Of a stretch of DNA of 31,398 nt, positions 16,939 to 25,071 are shown piece by piece (within the stretch, counting starts at the first letter, position 1; each line of letters begins with the position of its first letter). This DNA is from a virus (taxonomy: Duplodnaviria; Caudoviricetes). Made by a program: the position numbers and the translations under genes. The DNA is taken from positions 1 to 31,398 of the IMG/VR virus record IMGVR_UViG_3300020045_007319; one strand, given 5' to 3'. The notes under the pieces are model-generated. The model made no database searches. It was not told where the DNA came from and was given only the letters and a program-made list of their open reading frames with translations.

Positions 16939-18858
16939 TTAATCTGCTTCTGTACCTGAACCAGAATTATATATTCTTGCAATTTCAGTAGCATCAATAG
17001 CACCGTCATATACTCTAACATCATCAATACTACCATTAAATCCCCAATCATAACCTGCTCCACCATCCCAATGTGCTCCAACTGCAAATCCATCAGAAGT
17101 ACTTATTGTTCCGGGACTTGTTGTTTGAGCATCCAAAGAACCGTCAACATATAATTTTAGGTTATTAGAACCAAGTGCACCATCATAAATACCTACTACA
17201 TGATGCCAAGCTCCATTATTTATTACAGCAGTAGATACTAATACTGTTGCACCTATTGAGAAAGTAATACCACCAACATTAGAATTATCATAATGTAATG
17301 CCATTCTTCCGTTATAAAATGCTCCTACAACAGGTTTTTCAGCAGCATAGGTACTAAATCTAACCCAAGCAGCTAATGAAACAGCAGACTTACCGTTGAA
17401 GTATCCTGTTAAGCTAGGTATTTGTACAATATTCCCATATGTAGCAAAGTCAGATGTAAATGTTAATGATGTATTAATTTTTCCAGTGTCTGTTAGGTTG
17501 ACAGTATTTGTATTAGCATCTCCATAATAATTTGTAGTAGTATCTGCAACATCCGTACTAGCAGCATTATCATTCATTAAATAATGTGCAATTTGAGTAA
17601 ATGGAGCTACACTTTGAGAGCTTTCACTTGAGTTACTTGAAGAACTACTAGAAGAACTTTCACTTGAATATTCTTCAGAGCTTTCACTACTTGAAGAATC
17701 TATAGAGCTAGAAGAACTAGAACTTGATTCAGAACTACTTGAGCTACTAGAACTTGAAGAACTAGAACTGTCTATAGAGCTACTTGAAGAAGAACTAGAA
17801 GAATTACTAGAACTAGAGCTTGAAGAACTACTAGAAGAACTAGAAGACGAAGAACTATCAAAAGAACTAGAGCTAGAAGAATTATAAGGTTCTGCATTAC
17901 TACTAATTACCCATGTACCAACTTCACTTCCATCATCTAATGTATATTTATTACCAAAACTACAACCACTAAATCTTATTTCTGCAATTATTACTTCTTC
18001 ATTATAATCATATCTTAATCCAATACTTATTTTTTTATCAATAGAATATTCAGTTATAGCATATTGACTAAAATCTCCCAATATAATACTTTCATCATCA
18101 CTTAATTGTTCTAATACATTTACTTTTTTGCCTAGAATATAAGCAGAATTATTATCAAAAGTTATCCACTCTTCATAATTTGCATCAACAATTAAATCTA
18201 TTATTTCATTCCATACCTTTTTACTAACATACCATTGAGCTTTATTAGCAACAGCAGGAGCCAATGCCTTCTCAAAGTTTTTAATCGTATCTAAATCTAT
18301 AGGATCATTAGCTACTGCACTTATCACTCCAGAGGTTCCAACACTAAATATACCTTCAATTTTATTTAATTTACCAAAAAGAATTGCATAATCTAAATAC
18401 CAAGCCAATGTAGTTCCTGCCAAATCAATTAAAAATCCATCTAGCTCATTTACATCACTTAATATTTCATCTGTACAAGGAATTTCTACACATAATTTCT
18501 GTAATTTTAATTGTCTAGAATCACATTGAATTGTAGATATCGTTTTTTGTTCACCTTCATTAGTAAAATATGCTCTTAGCCCGTTAGCTCTTGCATATTC
18601 TCTAGTTGATTCTGTTATAAAAGGAATGTTTAATCCGTATCTGGCAGAATTAACTTTTTTAGCTTGCTTATATAATATCGAACCCTGTTGAATAGCATAT
18701 AGGAAATCTTTACAAATATCATAAGTAACTAAATTTAATCCATTACTATCTTCACCTATACCAGTAATAGATTTATTTATTATTGACTTATCATATTCTT
18801 TTCTATAACATTTTTTATAGAACTCTTGAATATATTTTCCTAATGTTATGTTTTGCAT
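16939..18858 (-). CDS. HK97-fold capsid paralog 3 fused via poly-Ser to a LamG domain
   Basis: The first ~320 aa align with 22466..23650 and 21157..22380 (EGEQKTIS, LQKLCVEIP, ILGDFSQY); Ser tract at about 17611-17880; LamG motifs WHHVVGIYDG, LYVDG, FNGSIDDVRVYD. Confidence 0.85.
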   Translation of the reverse strand: MQNITLGKYIQEFYKKCYRKEYDKSIINKSITGIGEDSNGLNLVTYDICKDFLYAIQQGSILYKQAKKVNSARYGLNIPFITESTREYARANGLRAYFTNEGEQKTISTIQCDSRQLKLQKLCVEIPCTDEILSDVNELDGFLIDLAGTTLAWYLDYAILFGKLNKIEGIFSVGTSGVISAVANDPIDLDTIKNFEKALAPAVANKAQWYVSKKVWNEIIDLIVDANYEEWITFDNNSAYILGKKVNVLEQLSDDESIILGDFSQYAITEYSIDKKISIGLRYDYNEEVIIAEIRFSGCSFGNKYTLDDGSEVGTWVISSNAEPYNSSSSSSFDSSSSSSSSSSSSSSSSSNSSSSSSSSSIDSSSSSSSSSSSSSESSSSSSSSIDSSSSESSEEYSSESSSSSSSSNSSESSQSVAPFTQIAHYLMNDNAASTDVADTTTNYYGDANTNTVNLTDTGKINTSLTFTSDFATYGNIVQIPSLTGYFNGKSAVSLAAWVRFSTYAAEKPVVGAFYNGRMALHYDNSNVGGITFSIGATVLVSTAVINNGAWHHVVGIYDGALGSNNLKLYVDGSLDAQTTSPGTISTSDGFAVGAHWDGGAGYDWGFNGSIDDVRVYDGAIDATEIARIYNSGSGTEAD

Positions 18859-18881
18859 TTTTCTTATGTCCTTATATATTT

Positions 18882-18893
18882 AATAGTATAAAA
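18882..18893 (-). promoter_or_regulatory. Putative late promoter motif
   Basis: Exact TTTTATACTATT upstream of the capsid-LamG/FkbM/gp10 unit. Confidence 0.7.
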
Positions 18894-18907
18894 ATTCTTT
18901 AGGTTCT

Positions 18908-19957
18908 TTATGGACAACTACCCAATACAGAACTTGCTCCATATCCCCAATCTCCAACAGGCTCAACACTTGGATTATTATAGTATGTTGCTGGATAAAT
19001 AGAATCACCAAAGATACCCCAATATCCACCTATACTATACCAAGCAATATAATAACCTGGATTATCGTCACTTACATAAACTGGTTTACCGTCTATTATT
19101 GAACCATCGGCTGTATAAGTTCCATCTACTCCATTTATAGAATCTGTTCCAGACATACATACATAATTATCAACAGAACTTGAGCTTGAAGAGTCTTGAG
19201 AACTAGAACTACTTGAATCTTCTTCCGAACTTGAACTTGAACTTGAGCTAGAAGAACTAGAACTACTAGAGCTAGAACTTGAAGTGCCTATACTTGAACT
19301 AGAACTACTTGAAGAACTACTAAAGCTACTACTAGAACTAGAAGAAGAAGAACTATCTATTGAACTTGAAGAACTAGAACTTGAACTAGAACTATTTTTT
19401 AATGAGCTACTTGAAGACTCGGTTGAAGAACTACTAGAGCTTTGACTTTGTATATCTATAGAAGAACTAGAAGAAGAACTATCTTGAGAACTTGAGCTTG
19501 AACTATCTTGAGAACTTGAAGAAGAATTATCATAACAATAATCTAATTTTTCTACAGTAAACTCATATTCCATTATCCCCATAAAATAATGGTCTTCATT
19601 CTGATATCTAATATAATCATTTTCTTTATGATAACATACAACACCTTTCCCACAACTAGTATCGGGAATTTCTAAATAGTCTCTATAATTAAATAACGAT
19701 TCTACTTCCATCATTACATTTCTTAAAGTTTGTGTTGAAGGGTCATTATCAAATATAGAAAATTGCACATAGATTCTTTCTCTATCTCTAGTAAATGAAT
19801 CATAAATTCTATTTGCACTAATTACAGAATAAGTTATAAATGGATATGTTGCTTCATCTGGTGCAATATATGGATAAAATTCTGCATCAGTAACATTTAA
19901 ATTCAATCTATTATATATTAATTGTAATACTTGGTCTTGTAATATCATTTTATACAC
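18908..19957 (-). CDS. Tail terminator-like protein (DUF3168-like) with poly-Ser tract and C-terminal extra domain
   Basis: YPYIAPDEATYPFITY...YVQFSIF terminator pattern; about 117-codon Ser-rich tract; about 85-aa aromatic-rich C-terminal domain. Confidence 0.7.
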   Translation of the reverse strand: MYKMILQDQVLQLIYNRLNLNVTDAEFYPYIAPDEATYPFITYSVISANRIYDSFTRDRERIYVQFSIFDNDPSTQTLRNVMMEVESLFNYRDYLEIPDTSCGKGVVCYHKENDYIRYQNEDHYFMGIMEYEFTVEKLDYCYDNSSSSSQDSSSSSSQDSSSSSSSIDIQSQSSSSSSTESSSSSLKNSSSSSSSSSSSIDSSSSSSSSSSFSSSSSSSSSSIGTSSSSSSSSSSSSSSSSSSSEEDSSSSSSQDSSSSSSVDNYVCMSGTDSINGVDGTYTADGSIIDGKPVYVSDDNPGYYIAWYSIGGYWGIFGDSIYPATYYNNPSVEPVGDWGYGASSVLGSCP

Positions 19958-20297
19958 TCCTTAGCTGTGAAGTTTGAGGAGCTTCTATAACTAATAACAA
20001 TATTTCAAGGTGATGATTTAAACAATTATCTATGTTCACAATATTATGCCAACGATTTCTAATAAAAATAATATCAGTAGATTCTATATTTATAAAATCA
20101 CAGAACAATCTATAGTCAGCAACAACATTATTTTTTCCAAGATAAGAACGTTCTCTTCCTGAAAGTTGTGTGTAATAGCATTTCTGGTCTGCAAATTTAA
20201 TTACTGAAGTTCTTATCTGTCCTCCAATATTATCAAAACTTGTTACCTCATTACTATAAATATTACATTTTTCACCGTATAAGGATTGTATTGACAT
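19950..20297 (-). CDS. Head closure/head-tail joining protein
   Basis: DNIGG, LSGRE, HLEI motifs; follows the connector gene. Confidence 0.8.
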   Translation of the reverse strand: MSIQSLYGEKCNIYSNEVTSFDNIGGQIRTSVIKFADQKCYYTQLSGRERSYLGKNNVVADYRLFCDFINIESTDIIFIRNRWHNIVNIDNCLNHHLEILLLVIEAPQTSQLRSV

Positions 20298-21131
20298 TTA
20301 GAATAAACCTTTTTTTGTGAACTGGTCTAGCTGATTAGAATATTGCCATAGAATATTTTTAATTGTTGTTGCATCATTTAAAGTATAGGAATAATTTGTT
20401 ATTGATTCACTCTTATATATTCCTAAACTTGGAGAAGCATTAGCCGTAATCATATCTCTAATAATATTTGCAGCAATCATTTGTAAATCTAATGGCATTG
20501 TAGCAGAAGTATAGCCAGCATAAAATATTAGATAAATATTATTATAATAACTATAGCAATCATTCCATAATGTTGTCCAATAAGAATAAGGAATTGAAAC
20601 TGTTCTTTCTGTTCCATCTACATTATGTAAATCTATGTCAATCTTTTCTGCAATATACCAATTCGTTCCACTTACTTGAAATAAAAATTTACTCAAGGTG
20701 CTATCTTTTCCAGATTCAATTGTTATAGTAATTACACCAACATAATCTGATTCTATTTCATTTTTTAATGCAGCTAATGTTGTATAACTAGTAAATAAAT
20801 AATCATCTTGGGATAAATCTAATAGAGTGGTTATTGTTACCCTATCAGATTTTACTTGTACAGAATAATTACCCGTTATAGTTAATGTTGCAGCACTAGT
20901 TTTTGTTCCTACGAATAATATATCTGTAATAGGATATTCTGGTAGAACTAGATAATTTAATTCATTATCTAAATAAAACCATCTAGAATATAATTGTCTA
21001 TCAAAATGCCTATCACAATAATTCTCCATAGCACTTTGAACTGTAGGAATTATATTAGTTATAAAAGTATCATTGGTTGTATCGGTTGTGTTAGTCAGTG
21101 TTTTGTAAGTAGCTAAATCTAATATTGACAT
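20298..21131 (-). CDS. Head-tail connector/adaptor (gp6/gp15-like, long form)
   Basis: MENYCDRHF, YAGY...MPLDLQ, KSESITNYSYT motifs with a large internal insertion. Confidence 0.8.
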   Translation of the reverse strand: MSILDLATYKTLTNTTDTTNDTFITNIIPTVQSAMENYCDRHFDRQLYSRWFYLDNELNYLVLPEYPITDILFVGTKTSAATLTITGNYSVQVKSDRVTITTLLDLSQDDYLFTSYTTLAALKNEIESDYVGVITITIESGKDSTLSKFLFQVSGTNWYIAEKIDIDLHNVDGTERTVSIPYSYWTTLWNDCYSYYNNIYLIFYAGYTSATMPLDLQMIAANIIRDMITANASPSLGIYKSESITNYSYTLNDATTIKNILWQYSNQLDQFTKKGLF

Positions 21132-21156
21132 ATTTGGTCCTCCTCATAATTATTCA

Positions 21157-22380
21157 TTAAACTCCTGAGGACGAACTTTCACTAGAATAGTCTTCACTCG
21201 AACTACTTGAAGAGTCTTGAGAACTACTAGAACTACTTGAAGAACTAGATTCACTACTAGAAGAACTTGAACTACTAGAACTATCTACAGAACTACTAGA
21301 GCTTGAAGAATCTTTACTTGAAGAACTAGAATCTACAGAAGAACTAGAAGATGAAGAACTTGATTCAACTGGTGTAGTACCCTCTGCAACGACGAATGTT
21401 CCCGTTTCTGTTCCATCATCTAAAGTATATTTATTACCAAAGCTACATCCACTAAATCTAACTTCCATAATTAATATATCTTCATTGTAATCAGCAAATC
21501 TAAATCCAATAGATATTTTCTTGTCTACTTGATATTCAGTTATTACATATTGTCAAAAATCTCCAAGAATAATTCCTTCATCCCCAGATAATTGTTCTAA
21601 TACATTTACTTTATGTCCGAATATATAAGCAGAGCCATCGTTACCAAATGTTATCCAACGATTTGTAGAAGCATCAAGAATTAAATCTACTATGTCATTC
21701 CAATTTTCTTTAGAGAAATACCATTCAGCATTTTTAGAAACGGCAGGACTTAGTGCTTTTTCAAAGTTCTGTAAAACGGTAACTGTTAATGGGTCAGCCG
21801 ATGTAGCAGAAATTACTCCACCGGGATTGCTTCCACTAAATATTCCTTCAATTCTACTTGTCCCATAAATCATTGCATAATCAATATACCAACTAAGTGT
21901 ATCGGTTGCAAAGGCTAATAGGGCAGAATCTAAACTTTGTACATCTTCCATCAACTCTAATGTTACTGGAATTTCTACACATAGTTTTTGTAATTTAATA
22001 CTTCTAGAATCCCATTGAACTTTAGAAATAGTTTTTTGTTCACCTTCTCCTACGAAAAATGCTCTCAATCCAGTAGAACGGTCATTATCTCTAGCTGTTT
22101 CTGTTACATAGGGAATTTTAATACCAAACTTAGGAGAACTAATTTTCTTAGCTTTTTTATATAATACTGATCCTTGTTGAGTTGCAGCTAAAAATTCTCT
22201 AACAATATCATAAGTGACTAGTGCAGCACCATTTCCATCTTCACTAATACCTGTTACAGCCTTAGTTATAATTGATTTATCGAATGGTTTGCCTTTAGAT
22301 TTTTTTGTAAATTCTTGAATAAATGAACCAAGTGTCAATTTATTTTCTTTATTTATTTCTTGTGTAGTTACGTTACTCAT
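21157..22380 (-). CDS. HK97-fold capsid paralog 2 with poly-Ser tail, interrupted by one in-frame TGA (21553-21555)
   Basis: ORFs 21553..22380 and 21157..21468 share one frame; reading through gives GDF*QYVITEYQVDKKISIGFRFADYNEDILIMEVRFSGCSFGNKY, collinear with paralog 3; 407 aa if read through. Confidence 0.8.
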
Positions 22381-22414
22381 TTTTGGTGTCCTTCCTTTAA
22401 TGATTATTTTTTAT

Positions 22415-22458
22415 AAAAAGAAAAGGGAAGAGTAAGTTTTTAGTTTACTCTTCCCTTT
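22415..22458 (-). terminator. Intrinsic terminator after the major capsid gene
   Basis: 14-bp stem AAAGGGAAGAGTAA (22422-22435) / TTACTCTTCCCTTT (22445-22458) followed by a U-rich tract. Confidence 0.85.
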
Positions 22459-22465
22459 ATTCAAC

Positions 22466-23650
22466 TTAGAATCTTGCAGAGAATCCAGCTACGACTGAAC
22501 TATCGACAAGAGTTTGCTTACGGATTGTAGGAGCACCAGAAGCACGGAACTCTAGGATATAATTCATTTCATTATAATCGAAACGAAGTGAGGCATCCAT
22601 GAATTCTCTCATTCCACCCTTAATAGCAACAACATAAGTAGAAGGATTACCAAATATGATATCTCCATTACTGTTTAGGTTGGCTAATTGTTCGGCTACA
22701 ACTACAGGATATCCCATCAATGTTTTACCAGATACATCAACCATAGCACCAAAAGGAGTTACGTTAGATGCTGTGGTAGATAGGTCCATCATGCTTGCCC
22801 ATGCTTTATTAGACATATAGAACTTAGAACCAGCACGATACTGAGGCAATACACCAGCAATAAGATTAATTATGCTAGCCTTTGTCATAGTAGCAGCAAC
22901 AGTAGCCAAAGCTCTGAAGTTATCTGCACCAGTATGTGTAATACCGACGAATCCATTTGTAGCATAAACACCATTAAATACTAGTTCGTCAAGTGTCCAT
23001 GCCATTTTCTCTCTTGCTTTATTTTTGAACCAATTTTCTAGAATATCAACGTCTTGAAGAATTTCATCGGTAACTGCTATTCTAATAACCTGTTTTTTTA
23101 GAGCTAGAGGAATTTGACCAAACTGAGGAATAGTAATGGTCTTTTGAGCACCTTCAGCAACTGCATAACTTCTAGGAACGGATGTAGCTGTGTTACCAGT
23201 ATTCAAATCATAAGGAATATTAATACCAGTTGCTCTATCTCCAAGTGTTATTTTGGTTGTATCATTATAAATAACTCCACCGGGAATAGCAACAGATACA
23301 ATATCTTTAAATATTTCTGTATAAGTTAAATATCCACCAGCAGCATTATCAGTTTCATTAAGACCTGTAACAGCCTTAGTCATCATCTGAAGAGTTTCAC
23401 CCATGCTTTTCTTCTGAATTGCAGGTGCTTTAACTTCAATCTTACCTTCTTTTTCTACTATCTCTGACATTTTTATCTCCTTCACTTCTTGTTTAATAAT
23501 CACTTCTTTCTCTTGTTCTTCTACTTCCTTTGTATATTCAATAACTTGTCCGTCTGCAATTAATTGTTTACCAACTTCATCACTAACTTCAATTACCGAA
23601 TCTTTCTCAACAGTTTTAAGAACTTCAGAACTTAATACTTTTACTTGCAT
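22466..23650 (-). CDS. Major capsid protein, HK97 fold
   Basis: AGGYL, VAEGAQK, VTDEILQD, LMGYPVVV, IIFGN motifs; follows the protease; strong SD and downstream terminator. Confidence 0.92.
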   Translation of the reverse strand: MQVKVLSSEVLKTVEKDSVIEVSDEVGKQLIADGQVIEYTKEVEEQEKEVIIKQEVKEIKMSEIVEKEGKIEVKAPAIQKKSMGETLQMMTKAVTGLNETDNAAGGYLTYTEIFKDIVSVAIPGGVIYNDTTKITLGDRATGINIPYDLNTGNTATSVPRSYAVAEGAQKTITIPQFGQIPLALKKQVIRIAVTDEILQDVDILENWFKNKAREKMAWTLDELVFNGVYATNGFVGITHTGADNFRALATVAATMTKASIINLIAGVLPQYRAGSKFYMSNKAWASMMDLSTTASNVTPFGAMVDVSGKTLMGYPVVVAEQLANLNSNGDIIFGNPSTYVVAIKGGMREFMDASLRFDYNEMNYILEFRASGAPTIRKQTLVDSSVVAGFSARF

Positions 23651-23711
23651 CTTACCTCCACCTATTCTCTTTCTGATATGTTAGAAGTGAATCTAATCTA
23701 TCTCTAGAACT

Positions 23712-23723
23712 AATAGTATAAAA
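23712..23723 (-). promoter_or_regulatory. Putative late promoter motif
   Basis: Exact TTTTATACTATT upstream of the major capsid gene. Confidence 0.7.
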
Positions 23724-23736
23724 AATTAATTACACA

Positions 23737-25053
23737 TTACACAACTTTTCCACTTTTAATATCTTTTAATATTTTAATTGCAAATGATTTATCTTCTTCA
23801 CTAGCAATATAAGACCCTTTTCTAACAATTTTAAATTTAATTTCTTTTTCTTCTTTTTTGGGCTCTTCAATATTAGTTTTAAATTTATGGTCTTCTAGCC
23901 ATTTAACAACTTGCTCTTTATTAAACTTATCTGCATCAAATCTAATAGACTGTAATTCTGTAGCTCCATCAGAAGTTATTCCATAAATAAAATCTATTCC
24001 TGCTCCACCTTTATCTTTAGCATAACGGAATTTAACATATTTATCTGGGTCATTCTGTCTAGCTGCAAAATAATTAGGAAATGGTTTTTCATCCTGCATA
24101 TCTTCCATTGGCATATCTGTTGCATCTTCTGGGCATTGCATACATTCTGGACAATCACTCATCATACAATCACATTCTTTTGTTTCTTTATTTTCTTTAG
24201 ATTCTTCTTCGGGCATATCTTCCATTGGCATTTCTTGACCACATGTAGGACACTTCTCTTTTTTACAATCTTCTGGTTTTTCTTCAGGCATATCTTCTGG
24301 CATTACTTCACCCATATCTCCAGCAGGTTTATTCATTTCTTTATTTTCTTTTAGATTTATTTCTTTATTATCCATTCCAATTATTTTTATATCTTCTACC
24401 TTCATATTTCTAATTTTAACTGTAGAATCTATTCCTAATTCTTTTTGCAACTTATCTGATATTTTTAATGACTTAGCAGAAACAGCCTCAATTAAAGCAT
24501 TTTCATTAGAAGGAATAGATACAAGTGAATTCTCATATAAATCAAATGAAGTAATAATTCTAATACAATCTTGAATATTATTAGATATACCATTAAGATT
24601 CTTTGTTATAAATTCATTAAATTCTTTTGTTCCTTTAATTAATGCTTTCTTTGCAACGAACCCAATAGAATTACATTTTATATATCCACCCTTTACTAAA
24701 CTCCAAATTTCATCTGCCTGTTCTGTTTCTGCAATTTGAATGGTTGCTTTAATATTATTTTTATTTATTTGAAGAGAAGTCACTTTGCCAATGGGAGGGG
24801 AGGAGTGACTATGAGACCAAAGAACAACGGGATTCTTTAAAAATTTAGTCGGGTCACATCCCATTGAATAAACTACATCACCATCTGCATCAACATCTGT
24901 AGTACTAATAACTGCCTCAAATGTTCTAGAAGGTTCGTCAACAATTAAATCTTCACTTAATTCTTTTCTAGTAATAACATCATTTTCTTTAATTTCTATT
25001 TCACTATCTAAAAAATTAGCTATAGAACTTAATTTAACTTCTTTCTTTGACAT
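23737..25053 (-). CDS. HK97-family prohead protease with long C-terminal extension
   Basis: VDADGDVV, NPVVLWSH, PIGK, SIGF, LYENSLVSIPSN motifs. Confidence 0.92.
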   Translation of the reverse strand: MSKKEVKLSSIANFLDSEIEIKENDVITRKELSEDLIVDEPSRTFEAVISTTDVDADGDVVYSMGCDPTKFLKNPVVLWSHSHSSPPIGKVTSLQINKNNIKATIQIAETEQADEIWSLVKGGYIKCNSIGFVAKKALIKGTKEFNEFITKNLNGISNNIQDCIRIITSFDLYENSLVSIPSNENALIEAVSAKSLKISDKLQKELGIDSTVKIRNMKVEDIKIIGMDNKEINLKENKEMNKPAGDMGEVMPEDMPEEKPEDCKKEKCPTCGQEMPMEDMPEEESKENKETKECDCMMSDCPECMQCPEDATDMPMEDMQDEKPFPNYFAARQNDPDKYVKFRYAKDKGGAGIDFIYGITSDGATELQSIRFDADKFNKEQVVKWLEDHKFKTNIEEPKKEEKEIKFKIVRKGSYIASEEDKSFAIKILKDIKSGKVV

Positions 25054-25071
25054 TTATATTCTCCTAATAAT

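Noticed and set aside
6259-21363. CRISPR array or diversity-generating retroelement suggested by the GAACTAGAAG-type repeats
   Set aside because: The repeats are Ser codons with no spacer periodicity; no cas genes, reverse transcriptase or adenine-specific TR/VR pair seen
21157-21468. Independent 103-aa gene
   Set aside because: No SD; it is the in-frame C-terminus of capsid paralog 2
21553-21555. Genome-wide TGA reassignment (code 4 or 25)
   Set aside because: TGA ends genes at 2105, 3689 and 3883 (two in ATGA overlaps), and all other genes are intact in the standard code
21490-21555. Selenocysteine at the in-frame TGA
   Set aside because: No convincing SECIS-like stem-loop downstream, and the aligned residue is Ser in a structural protein
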